Shown here one piece after another: positions 13,610 to 25,992 of a stretch of 64,000 bases of DNA. Position 1 is the stretch's first letter. Every line of letters begins with the position of its first letter. The stretch comes from Mobula hypostoma (Eukaryota): contig NC_086108.1 of assembly GCF_963921235.1 (NCBI RefSeq), positions 10,416,001 through 10,480,000 on the forward strand, given 5' to 3'. The notes beneath the pieces were generated by a model. It saw only the letters and a program-made list of their open reading frames with translations. It did not search any database and was not told the origin of the DNA. A program made the translations under genes and the position numbers.

Positions 13610-14038
13610 GCCTGTAGGCTTTGAGGTTTCTCAAGCATCTGTATTTACTAATTGTTAGAGCTGTTAAGCTCTGGTGCTTTTTGTTTAGCTGTGTCAATCT
13701 TGTGATAAGCACGGGTTTCCTGCATTCTATGATTATTGAAAAGGGACTCTCATTGTGCTTTGGTAGCGGAGTTTGTGGAGAATAATTTGTATCGCGGTGA
13801 CGCTCGTTCATGCCTCCGATGCTCTGTTGGTATTCCTGTGTCTACCCTCTTGTTTCCACCTCTTTGGGGGGAGTCTGCAATTCCTCCGCTCCTGGCTCAA
13901 GCTGTTGCCAGTGCTCACTGTGACAGTCGGCCATCTTCCACACCTGGATAGAATCGTTTCCAGTGCCCACCGTGACAGAATCAGCTGATCCTCCGCACGT
14001 GGGTCCAGTCCTCTGAGCACACACCCTGGCAATTTGCC
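13610..14038 (-). repeat. Unclassified element, inverted homolog of 19478-19960
   Basis: Reverse complement shares acacaggaataccaac, ggaggcatga, aaagcaccag, caattagtaaat and the gtcac(a/g)gtg repeat units with 19478-19960. Confidence 0.75.
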
Positions 14039-14289
14039 TTCAGAGACCTGCCTGACCTGCTCAGTTCCTCCAGCATTTTGTGTGTGTGTTACTCAAAAAT
14101 CCTATCATGATTGGTCCCTGTTTCTCCTCCAACAAGGAGGAATGAGGGACGGACTTATGCTTCCACAGCACCTTTGAGATCTCCATCAGCATATCCACTG
14201 GTACCGTGTAGTCCTTACCACTCATAGCAAACAGCACACGGCAACATCCCATAGGCAGCATCGTGTGAAACGGGGACACCTCATTTTCC

Positions 14290-14635
14290 CTTATTTGGGA
14301 GAGAGAGAGCCTGTGGTATGTTGAGTTGCCAGATGAATGAGTAGTCTTTGGGGCACTGCAAGTCTGTGTCTTTATTGATGCTTTGCTGCATGCTTGAGTG
14401 CTCGGTGGTGGGGTGCCAATGCTTTTTTTGCTGGTGGGGGAGGGGGGCATCATTGCTTTGCTGCTGCTTGTGCGTGGGAGGAGGGAGTTGGGGGGCTTTG
14501 GGGTTCTACCATTTAACTTCCATTCATTCTTTGGGGCACTCCTCTGTTTTTGTGGATGTTTGTGAAGAAAGAGAATTTCAGGATGTATGTTGTATCCATT
14601 TCTCTGACATTAAATGTACCTATTGAACCTATTGA
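14290..14635 (+). mobile_element. Non-autonomous retroelement (SINE-like), unclassified
   Basis: (ACCTATTGA)2 tail; reverse-oriented homolog at ~60478-60850. Confidence 0.5.
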
Positions 14636-16059
14636 TAAGTTTTAAATTAAGATAAATCAAATTCAAGTTTAATTATCATTCAACCATACATAAATATAGC
14701 CAAATTAAACAGTGTTTCTTTTAGGGCGAAATTGCAAAACATACACTGCACATTCAAGGTAGTGAGCACACATCCAGTCACGCAAAAAAAATATGAGTGA
14801 CAAAACCTGAGTGACATGTCCTGTAAATTGACAGTGCAGTCCCTGGCAGTCCGCAGATAAACACATGCACGCAATCTAGCTTGTCTTTCCACAGACCGGA
14901 CACTGGGTGGAAGCACCCACTGGAAACCTCAGTGTCCAGTTGAGCATGGACGCCACGCAACACCACCTTCGATGTTTCCTCTCCTGGCCTGCAGCAGTAG
15001 GCAAGCCCACAGCTTGAGTCTTAGTCCTCACTACAACTGAAGCCACACAGCTCCCCCACCATCTGTCGCACCACCAAACAAGTGATCAGGCCTGCAGCAC
15101 CTCACATTATCAATGCCCAACAGGGTCTTGTGATCACAGTAGAAATGTCTTAGCACTCCAACTTTGATGCCTTCTTGTAGCAGGCAGCATCATGGCCTGC
15201 AGCAAGTCGAACTTCTCCCCCAACGAACAGCTCATTGATGGGGTAGGCCTGCAATACTCAGATCACAAAAAAAGACAAAAACACCTTTGGTTGGCTTCCG
15301 AGAAGTCACTGCATGCCATCTTACCGGAAGCTGATTGCTCAAACTGGATATGGAGTTAATCTGCCCATTACCTTTTCAAAAAGATGAGATCTTCAGCCTG
15401 TGGGGGGTGGGGGGCAGGCAGGACACTGTTTCAGACACTGACAGTGTGGCACCTCTTTGAGGAGAAGCCCTGGATTATGTGCTTGTGGCTGGAGTGGGGC
15501 TCGATGCAACAATCTTCTGACTCCCAAAGGAGCACAAGGATTTTTGAATAATACTTCATCTTGATGCCAGTGTGGCGTATTGAGTTCTGAAATATTAGTA
15601 TAAATGGAAAAGAATACTTTTCAACACAAATTGGCTTTCAGCGTAGTGGTATGCTTCAGATCTGCTGTGTATGAGTGGATACTCAAAGGGAGTGTTTAGC
15701 AAATTGCTGGAAATCCGTTTCACACTTCATAAGAGCATACTGTGTAAACAATTTGTAGTTGACAGATAGTGGACTGCAATATTTTTTTTTCAATGTTTTG
15801 TTACATTAACCGAGTATTAATACATCATGGACTGTGTTGTAATTACTGAACAATTTGCCTCTCTCCCATCTGTTGAATGCCAGTGATGATGTAGCTATGA
15901 ATTCATTGTCACCACATGGGATCTGGATTTAAGAGTGGATCCCACTTCCTGCTACAGCTGTGTGATTCTTACGTTAGCAGAGGAAGCTGGGCGAGAGTGT
16001 GCTCACAAAAAGTTGCTGCACGTTCCCAAAGCAAAAGCCGTGGATGAACGAGGAGGTTT

Positions 16060-16875
16060 TGTTGTCTGCTGAGGGCTAGATCTATGGCACTTAAGTCTGG
16101 CGACTGAGAAAACCAGGTGAGACTTGCGAAGGGATATTTCAAGAGCGAAGAAACAATGTTGGAGGCAACATCGGATGAACGTTAACTCTGGCAGGGTTTG
16201 CAGGACATTACTTCCTACAAAGCGACCCAGCATTGTGACTGGCAGCGATGTTTCACCAGCAGACGAACTCCTGTTTGCCCACTTTGAAAGGGAGAATAAA
16301 ACAACAGCTGTGAGGATTCATGCCGTACCCGGTGACCCTGTGATCTCTGTCTTGGAGGCTGATGTTAGGCTGCTTTCAGGAGGGCAGGCCCCGATAGAGT
16401 ACCTGGTAAGGCTCTGAAGACTTGTGCCAACCAACTGGCGCGTGTATTCAAGGACATTTTTAACCTTTCACTGCTACGAGTGGAAGTTCCTACCTGCTTC
16501 AAAAGGGTAACAATTATACCAGTGCCCAAGAAGAGCAGGGTGAGCTGCCTTCACAATTAATGTTCAGTAGCACTCACACCTATGGTGATGGGACACTTCG
16601 AGAGGTCGGTCATGGATAGAATCAACTCCTTCCTCAGCAAGGACCTGGACCCACTGCAATTTACCTATTGCCACAATAGGTCTATGGCAGATGCAATCTA
16701 AATGGCTCTTCACGTGGCCTTAGGTCACCTGGACAACACGAACACCTATGTCCGAATGTTGTTCGTTGACATAGCGGTCAACACCATCATTCCCACAGTC
16801 CTGATCCAAAAGCTACAGAACATGCCTCTGTACCTCCTTCTGCAACTGGATTAACTTCCTAACCGGAATGCCAGA
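16060..16875 (+). mobile_element. Degenerate Rex1/Babar RT fragment
   Basis: Encodes remnants of [30 protein letters not shown] and LDPLQF. Confidence 0.8.
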
Positions 16876-16980
16876 ATCAGGATCAGATTTAATATCACTG
16901 GCATATGATGTGAAATTTGTTAATTTTATGGCAGCAGTACAATGGAACATATGATAAATAAAGAGAGAAAAAAACTCAGT

Positions 16981-17627
16981 TAATTATGATTATTATGATT
17001 ATGAGGACACGCAGTCCACTTTTATTGACATTTAGTAATACATGCATTAAGAAATGATAAAAATGTTTTTCCAGAATGATATCACAAAAACACATGACAA
17101 ACTGACTTAAAAACTAACAAAAACAACATAATTATAACGTATAGTTACAACAGTGCAAAGCAATACCGTAATTTGATAAGAACAGACCATGGGCACGGTA
17201 AAAATCTCAAAGTCTCTTGAAAGTCCCATCATCTCACGCAGACGGTGAACCTCCAGCGCCGCCAACTTGCCGATGCAGCATCCTGGAAGCATCCGACCAC
17301 AGTCTGACTCCAAGTCCGTCCGAAAACTCTGAGCCTCCGACCAGCTCTCTGACACCGAGCACCATCTCTGCCCAGCGCTTCGACCCCGGCCCCGGCAACA
17401 GGTGATACACAAAGCCGAGGATTTGGGGCCTTCGTCTCCGGAGATTCTCGATCGCACAGTAGCAGCGATCGCACAGTAGCATTTCAGAAGTTACTCCAGA
17501 TGTTCCTCTGTGCTTCTCACGGCTGTCCCCATCAAATCCGGATTGTGCACAGCACCCCTAGTTATATGATATTCATTCAGAACGGCCACATGCACTGCGT
17601 CGCGCTGCCATCTTCTCCTCCCTCCTG
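16981..17627 (-). mobile_element. Non-autonomous retroelement with YY1-like 5' head, inserted in a Rex1 3' tail
   Basis: Minus strand starts GGAGGGAGGAGAAGATGGCAGCGCG, is CpG-rich, and ends in AATAAA plus an (ATAATC)n-like tail. Confidence 0.55.
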
Positions 17628-17639
17628 TATATATATATA

Positions 17640-18090
17640 TAAATAAAATAATTAAGTTAAAGTAAGAAGTACAAACTAACAGAAATAAAAAAGTAGTGAG
17701 GTAGTGTTCATGGGTTCAATGTCCATTCAGTAATCAGATAGCAGAGGGGAAGAAGCTGTTCCTGAATCGCTGAGAGTGTGCCTTTAGGCTTCTGTACCTC
17801 CTTCCCGATGGTAACAGTGTGAAGAGAGTATGTCTTGGGTGGTGGCGATTCTTAATGATAAATGCCGCCCTCCCAAAGCACTCTCCTTGAAGATGTCTTG
17901 GATGCTACGGAGGCTGGTGCCCAAGATAGAGCTGATTAACTTTACAAGTTTCTGCAATTTATTTCAAACTTGTGGCGTAGACCCCCCTCCCTCATACCAG
18001 GCAGTTATGTGACCAGTCAAATGCTCTCCATGGTATATTTGTAGAAGTTTTTGAGTGTTTTAGTTGACAAACTAAATCTCCTCAAACTTC
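17640..18090 (-). mobile_element. Rex1/Babar 3' fragment
   Basis: Same 3' sequence (ttcaggaacagcttcttcccctctgc...) as the other Rex1-type tails in the window. Confidence 0.7.
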
Positions 18091-19354
18091 CACAGGTGAG
18101 ATCTTCATTGGACCCTCTACAGTTTGCCTACCAACCTCATGTGGGGGTGGATGATGCCATGATCTACCATTGCAGAGAGCTCAGTCCCACCTGGAAGATG
18201 CTGGTGGCATTATGAGCATTACGACTTTTTATTTCTCTAGTGCCGTCAATACAGTCCAGCCACTTCTCTGAACAAGAAGCTACAAAGGAAGGGCGTAGAC
18301 AAATTCACTATCTCCTGGATTTCTGACTACCTGACGGATAGACCCCACTTTGTACTGCTGGGTAGTTCTCTGCTGGAGGCGGTGATAAGTGGCACTGGAG
18401 CACCACAAGTGACTGTCCTGTCTCCGTTTCTGTTCACAGTGTACATCTCAGACTGTCAGTGCAACTCTGAGTCTTGTCACTTGCGGATCTTCTCTGATGA
18501 CTCTGCGGTGGCTGCGTGTATCAGAGATGGGCAGGAGTCAGAGTACTGAGGACTGGTGGACAGGTTTGTGGAGTTGTGAGTGCAATCACCTACTCCCGAA
18601 TGTGGCCAAATCCAGGGAGATGGTGATTGATTTTAGGAGGAAGAGGACTGTGACGAGCCCTGTATACATTCTGGGAGAAGAGGTTGTGGTGGTGGAGGAG
18701 TACAAATACTTGGGTGTTCACCTCTACAACATTCTTGACTGGAAAACCAACACCAAGGCTGTTTACAAGAAGGGGATGAGCAGACTCCAGTTTCTAAGGA
18801 AGCTGAGATCCTTCAATACATGCAGCAGGATGGTGGAGATCTTTTGTAATGAGATCTTTTGTAACGAGAGCAGTCTTCTTTGCAGCTTTATGTTGAGGGA
18901 ACAGCATCGGTGCTGGTGATGTAAAAAGATTAAATAAACTCATTAAAAAGGCTGGATCCGTCCTTGGCTACAACCCGGACTATTTTGAGTAGTGGTGGAG
19001 AGGCAGTCACTAAACAACCTATTATCCATTATGGACAATCTGGCACATCCTCTCCATGACCCACTGAATAAGCAGCGGAGTACCTTTTCAAACAGGCTCA
19101 TTCAGCTCCACTCACAAAGAGCGTCACAGAAAATCGTTCCTACAAAATGCGATAAGCAAATACAACAGTACATCTGTGCAACAGGAGAACACACATCAAA
19201 CGCAATTATTATTGTGTTTATTATGATTCTGTACTTTATTATTTGTTAATATTGTTATTGTATTTATTATTATTATTATTGCTAAGTGTGTTTTTAAATG
19301 TTGCTGCTGTAATGAAATAATTTCCCCATCCAGATCAATAAAGTACTTATTATT
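18091..19354 (+). mobile_element. 5'-truncated Rex1-type LINE, distinct subfamily
   Basis: DPLQFAYQPHVGVDDA at the 5' end; 18497..18919 REMVIDFRRK..EEYKYLGVHL..RLQFLRKLRSF; AATAAA plus (TTA)n tail. Confidence 0.85.
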
Positions 19355-19477
19355 CAAACTACCTGCACTCCGCCTATCTTCGTTTCGTCTGCAAACTTTG
19401 CAACCAAGATCTGCGTGTGCAGGAAATTACCGAGGCAAAACTTTCAGTCCGACTATGGTTTGTTCATTCCAGGTTCA

Positions 19478-19960
19478 GCAAAAATTGTCACGGTGTTTGC
19501 TAGCAGAGGAACAGCAGACTCTGTCACGGTGAGTACTGTCGCTGACTGATCCCAGGAGTGGAGAAACAGCAGTCCCTGTCACGGTTAGCACTGGCAATGA
19601 CTCGACCCAGTAGCAGAGGCACAGCAGACTCTGTCACGGTGAATGCTAGCAACGGCTCAACCCAGGTGCAGAGCCACGGCAGACTCCTGTGCAAGAGGCA
19701 AACAAGAGGTTAAACACAGGAATACCAACCGAGTATTGGAGGCATGACCAAGCTCCACTGCCAGATAAATCATTCTCCGCAAATGCAGATTCCACTCCAG
19801 TGCTAAACAACAATCCCCTTTAATTAATGAGAGGATATGTAAACCTGTGCCAGTCACAATTAATTTGACAAGATTCAACAGAAAGCACCAGGGATTAATG
19901 GCTCTAGTTAAGATTGCAATTAGTAAATCGAGGTGCTCGAGAAACATAGAAGCCCAACTC
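19478..19960 (+). repeat. Unclassified element with ~55-bp tandem units, inverted homolog of 13610-14038
   Basis: gtcacggt recurs near 19487, 19522, 19577 and 19633; the downstream ~270 bp aligns to the reverse complement of ~13610-13880. Confidence 0.75.
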
Positions 19961-20494
19961 TCTACAGCGAGTTGCAGAGCTCATGACAGAAATTGTCATT
20001 GGTTGCTGCCCACCATTACTGCAGGTGTTGGCAATGTCCAGCACAAATAAGCAGGCAGGGAAAATCTTTGTGGACACTACTCAGCCTCTGAAAACTGCCT
20101 TTTCCACAAGCTCTCTTCTGAAAACAAAAGCCGTCTTGAGAGGTTCTTCCACCAGCCTGTTAATCTAATCAACCAATCTAGTTAGCCCTCCCCCTTCCCT
20201 CTTTTACCCTCGTAACTGCACTGTTCTGCTATCGAGTGTACTGACTGGCTGTGGCCACTTTATTATGTGCCCACTAAGTGTATGTAAAATATAAAGTTGG
20301 AGGTTAAAGTGCAGATATGGAATAAAATTTGAATAAATACATCAGTGTCAGCATAAGATATTATCCATGCTAATATCTGTTTAGACAACCAGCATCTCTC
20401 CAGCTTTAACAGGGATGTACTTCATTACAATACAGGAAATACCTAATAAAGTAGTTACTGAATGGAATTCTTTATAATTATTGATTGTTACAGA

Positions 20495-20970
20495 CATAAA
20501 CTCATAGAAAAGTACAGCACAGAAACAAGCCCTTTGGCCCATCTAGTCCATGCCGAACCATTTAAACTGCTGGCTCCCACTGACCTGTACTGGTACCATA
20601 GCCCTCCATACCCCTCCCATCAATGTACCTATCCAAACTTCTCTTAAATGCTGAAATATAGCTCATATCCACCACTTACACTGGCAGCTTGATCCACAGT
20701 CTTACCACCCTCTGAATGAAGGAGTTTACCCTCATGCTCCCCTTAAACTTTTCACTTTTAACCTTCAGCCCATGACCTCTAGTTGTAGTCCTGACCTAGC
20801 TCAGTGGAGAAAGCCTGCTTGCACTTACGCTATCTATACCCCTCATAATTTTGTATACTCGATCAAACCTTCTCTCAATTTTCTACGCTTGTCTTAACTT
20901 GTTAAATTTTTCCTTTTAACTCTGATCCTCCAGACCCAGCAACATCCTTTTATATTTTCCCTTTTCTCTC
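20495..20970 (-). mobile_element. CR1 3' fragment
   Basis: Similar to the 3' ends of the CR1 copies at 7371 and 54412. Confidence 0.75.
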
Positions 20971-21344
20971 TTGACCTTATTATTGTTGCTTTTTGTTGCA
21001 TGTCGCGGCCCGGCCAACACACCGCTACAAATTCATAATATGTGTAAATGTATATGGTGGATAAAGCTGATCCTTGATCCTTGCCCTTTCTTCTACACTC
21101 CACTGCCATTTCTTGGCCACGGGGTAACACTCTGCAATGAGCTGGAAACATGTGACTTTCAGACCAGGGATTCCCCTCCCATTCATCTTGGGGTTCCACA
21201 TTGAATTTACTCAGTCACCTCTCATTTTGTGCTTTCACGAGCCAGCATTTGTCAGCTAGACCTAATTACTCCTGAATACCATGTCATACTAAGCTGCTTC
21301 AGTTAAGAATCAGGTTGCCATCCTACACTGGACAGGGTAGATAA

Positions 21345-22119
21345 CATTGAACAACGAAGATTTTGCTTCCTGAACACTTCTGGATGTATCCAGTGAATTT
21401 TGGGCTGCCACTCATGAAAATCACCATGAAATTTCCCTATCATGCATTATATTTCTTGAAATTGCCTATATTAGTTATTTTAATTCATAATTCAAGTCAG
21501 AATAACTGATAACAAGATCAAAGAAAGCATTTTTGTTGGTCCACAAATCAAACAGGTCATCAATGATAGGCAATTCGAAAAACTTCTGGTAAGGCTGAAG
21601 AAAATTGCATGGAATGATGTTAAAATTGTCTTGGCAACTACAGAGCACCAATCTACATGCAGCTGGTTGACAAGATATTTCAAGCATACAAAACCATGAA
21701 GTGCAACATGTCACGAAAGGTTTATTTTCTGCATTCCCATTTAGACTCCTTCCCTGCAAATCTTGTGCTGACAGTGATGAGCACGGTGAAAGATTTCACC
21801 AGGACATTACGTTCATGGAGAAACAATATCAGGGCAACTGGAATCCATTAATGCTGGCTGATTATTGTAGGACACTTGAGCGAGAAGCCTCAGACACTGA
21901 ATACAAATGAAAATCAGCAACAAAACATTTTTAGCTTAGTTGAGCAAAGCATCAGCACCGTTATGCAATTAAACACATTATATTCAATAAAAGTTAATTT
22001 CTTGTTTTTCAAATTCCTATGTGAAACAAGTATATTTGTGCTCAGTGCCAAGTGATCTATCATAAACAAAAAAAAATTCTGAGGAAACAAGACTTCTGAA
22101 AAAAAATTATTGTCCTCTG
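21345..22119 (+). mobile_element. Internally deleted Chapaev3-type DNA transposon
   Basis: Transposase C-terminal remnants AYKTMKCNMSRKVYFLHSHLDSFPANL and SDEHGERFHQDITFMEKQYQGNWNPLMLADYC; degenerate CACTGGACAA-type inverted termini; TAA on both sides (21342-44 and 22120-22). Confidence 0.8.
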
Positions 22120-22704
22120 TAATCTACTACCCAAGGAGTATTAATGTGCAGATGGGCTTTAATGGTAATCTGGTCACCATTACAACTCTTGTTTATGTTA
22201 TTCAGATTATCTAGTGAACTGGATTTAAAATCCCATAATGGGATTTTATCCGAAAATGGTGGGATCCAAATTTTTGGCGCTAGATAACAGTTCCGAAAAT
22301 TAGCTACCACGTTATCACACCGTAAGGAACTATCAATCTATTTGGTTTTCTTCCTTGATGATGTTCCTCAAGATTTCCATCACCTGCAGGATTTCTTGTG
22401 TTTATGTTTTCTGTCTTTTCCTCCTTGAGTTCTACACACACACGTTTGACCTTTCTGTTTCTCGGCCGGTAAAGCCCTTAATTAGTTTCACCTCCTCTTG
22501 ATGCAGTGTGCCCATGTGGAGCAGTTGTGCTATCCTACTTTTACCAACAGCAAGGAAATTAGAAATTTGTTATCAGAACCGTTCCAAGAGAGCGCCGGAG
22601 GAGAGATGATAGGGAAGGTGGTTAGGCTAGAAACTGTATTTTGGTCCCTACCTTTGGAGATCGTGTCTACCAGGATACTCCCTGGAGATCTGGTTTAACA
22701 GGAT

Positions 22705-23590
22705 ATCAGAATCTGGTTTAATATAAGCAGCGTATGTCGTGAAATTTGTTAATTTTGCAGCAGCAGTACAATGCAATAAATATATAAAAAACTGAATTAC
22801 ATTAAGTATATATATGTATATTAAATAGTTAAGATAAGTAGTGCAAAAACAGAAATTTTTAAAAAAGTGGTGAGGTAGTGTTCATGGGTCCAATGGGTTC
22901 AATATCCATTCAGAAATCGGACGCCGAAGAGGAAGAAGCTGTTCCTGAATTGTTGAGAGTGTGTCTTCAGACCCCTGTACTTCCTTCCTGATGGTAGCAG
23001 TGAGAATAAGGATGTCCCGGGTGATGGGGGTCCTTAATGATAGACGCCACCTTTTTGAGGCACCACTCCTTGAAGATGTCCTGGATGTGATGGAGGCCAG
23101 TGCCCATGAAGGAGCTGACTGAGTTTACAACTCTCTGCAGCTTACTTTGATCCTGTGCAGAAGACCTACCCCCCATATCAGGCAGTGATGCAGCCAGTTA
23201 AAATGTTCCTCACAGCACACCTGTAGGAATTTGTGAGTATCTTTAGTGACATACCAGATCTCCTCATACTCTTAATGAAGCATAGCTGCTGTCTTGCCTC
23301 CTTTGCAGCTGCATTGATATGTTGGGTATGAGTGTCATATCCTCAGAGATATGACACTCAGGTACCTGAAATTGCTCACTCCTTCCACTTCTGATCACTC
23401 TATTAGGATGGGTTGTGACCCTTTCTGAAATCCACAATCAGTTCTTTGGTCTTACTGACGTTGAATGCAAAGTTGTCACTGTAACACAGCTGAACTAGTT
23501 GATATACCTGGCTCCTTTTCACCCTCTCATCACCATCTGAAATTCTGCCAACAGCAGTTATATTGTCAGCAAATTTATAGATGGCATTTG
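22705..23590 (-). mobile_element. Rex1/Babar 3' fragment
   Basis: 22967..23176 QDQSKLQRVVNSVSSFMG..ASIIKDPHHPGH; KFADN-like RT motif near 23570. Confidence 0.78.
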
Positions 23591-24199
23591 AGGATATTCC
23601 CTGGAGACTGAGTTATGACGATATTCCCTGGACACAGCGATGTTCAGGTATCGATCGGGAGGATCGAGAAAACGTGTTCCTTTTGGTTGGGCAGACTGCG
23701 CTTTGGAGCAGGGCTTGAAGATAAGAGCCCAGGCTTCAGGAATGAGCTACAGAAATGCTCAGGTAGTCACGGCCACCTGACCGAGAAATGTAGCAGCCAA
23801 TTTACACCCAGCGAGTTCTCACTCACAGGAATGAGATGCAACCTTCCCTGGATGGGGTATTTGTCCAGTGAGGGAAGGTTGGATAGATCGTACTTGCATC
23901 TGCTGGAGTTGAGAAAAACAATGTGGGATTTGATTGAAACTTACAATGCCCTGAGGTCTTTGACAGGGAGAAGCAAAATCTAGGGGTTGTTGTTTAAAAA
24001 CAAAGGATTGAATATTTATGATGGAAATGATTTTCAGATGGACATCAGTCTTCAGAATTTTCTTTGTTTAGTAGTGGTGAGTCTTGAAGGTTGAGACTTA
24101 ATTCTTAGGTTGAGCCTTGAGGCAGAGGTAGGCAGATTTGTGATGAATGAGGGGATGAAATATCACGCACATGCTCTTTAACGTCTACCTGATCAATAA

Positions 24200-24465
24200 C
24201 ACTGGACAACAAAGGTTTTGCTTCCTGAATACTTTTGGGTGTATCTTATGGATTTTGGGCTGCTGATCATGAAAATCACCATGACATTTCCCAATGACAC
24301 ACCATTTTAAAAAAAATCACCTATGTTTGATATTTCAATCCATAATTCAAGTCAGAATAACTGATGACAAGATTAAGGAAGGCATTTTTGGTGGTTCATA
24401 AATAAAACAGGTCATCAGTGACAGGCAATTAGAAGAACTCCTCGTGAGACCGAAGAAAATCACTT
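24200..24465 (+). mobile_element. Second, truncated Chapaev3-type copy
   Basis: taa|CACTGGACAACAAAGGTTTTGCTTCCTGAA start; colinear with 21345-21610, including the same internal deletion junction. Confidence 0.75.
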
Positions 24466-25610
24466 CAGATGGAGTGGTAAGGAGGTTAAAGGCAATGTTA
24501 ACATCCATTTCAAGAGGACAAAAATATAAAAGCAAGGATGCACAGTAATGCTGAGGCTTTATAAGGCATTGGTCAGACTGCACTTAGTGTATTGTGAGCA
24601 GTTTTAGGCCCCTTAACTAAGAAAGAACGTCCTGATCCAGTGCCTCAGCCCGAAATGTCAGCTGTTTATTCAGTTCCACAGACGCTGCCTGACCCCCTGA
24701 GTTCCTCCAGCGTTTTGTGTGTGTTACAAAGAAAAAAAGTGCTGACATTGGAGTGGGTTCAGAGGAGGTACACAAAAAATATCCGGGCAATGGATAATTG
24801 AATGGGCTTAGTATTTCAGGAGATTGTTTGATGCCTCTGAGCCTGTGCTCACTGGAGTTTAGAAGAACAAGGGGTGGATTTCATTGAAACCTATCTGCTC
24901 CTTTGTCTGATGGTCTTATGGTCCTTGTCGGTCAGCTGCTGCATTCTCTGCCTGTTGTCGTGCAACTCCACAGAGACACAACAAAATCCACTTCCCACCA
25001 ATTCAGGGGGGTGACTTGGACAGAGGCACAAAGGCCATAAAGTTCAAAGTTGATAGTACATTCATTTTCAAAGTATGTATACATTATACAACCTTGGGAT
25101 TCATCTCCTTAGAGGCAGCTACAAAACAGAAACACAAAATTACCCATAAAAAAAGAAGACCGTCAAACACCCAATGTGCAGGGGGAAGAAGCAACGAAAG
25201 CAGGCAAATAGAACAATAAGCATAAGACATAGGAGCAGAATTAGGCCATTCAGCCCATCGAGTTTGCCCAGCCATTCCATCAGGGCTAATTATTATCCCT
25301 CTCAACCCATTTTCCTGCTTTCTCACCATTACCTTTGGTGCCCTGACTAATCAAGAACCTCTGCTTTAAATATACCCAATGACTTGGCCTCCACAGCCGA
25401 CTGTGGCAGTGAATTCTACAGACTTGTCTTCCTCTGGCTAGGGAAATGTCTCATTATCTCTGTTCCAAAGGGGCATCCCTCTATTCTGCAGCTGTCTCCT
25501 TGGTCCTAGACTCACCCATTACAGGAAGCAGCCTCTCCATGTCCACTCTATCTAGGCCTTTCAATATTCAACAGGTTACAATGAGATCATCTGCCTCATT
25601 CTTCTAAATT
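24466..25610. mobile_element. Cluster of old CR1 fragments (both strands) with a Penelope-derived insert at ~24628-24725
   Basis: CR1 3' motifs (ggagtttagaagaa; cataagacataggagcagaattaggcc); gtcctgat..cccgaaatgtcagctg. Confidence 0.65.
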
Positions 25611-25992
25611 TTCCAAAAGTCTCTCACTTTGAAGTGAGAAGGCAATCGAATTCCTCAGTAACAAGTTTTACCTTCATCCAGTACCAATAGAATTCTGCTA
25701 TGGGTCATCGTTACTTCATTAGACTATAATGCACACATTATTGTTCACAGGGATGGGATTTTGAATAGCCGTGCTTAGGGTGGTTTCAATAACCATCTGT
25801 TCTTGGGTTGATTGAACACAGAGATAAAGAAGATGAGGATGAAATAAAAAAAAAGCCTTAAGCAAGAAATGAGATCAGAAAACGTTTCTGTTTCTCGCAC
25901 AGACTCAAAGATGTATTACATACTTGCACCAGAATCCACAGAGCTGAGCTAATTAATATCCCCTCTCTGTATGGATTAGAGGGCATGACCTA

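Noticed and set aside
19487..19690. CAC(A/G)GTG repeats as V(D)J recombination signals or a CRISPR-like array
   Set aside because: No ACAAAAACC nonamer at 12 or 23 nt. The spacers are homologous to each other, the context is eukaryotic, and there are no cas or Ig/TCR segments.
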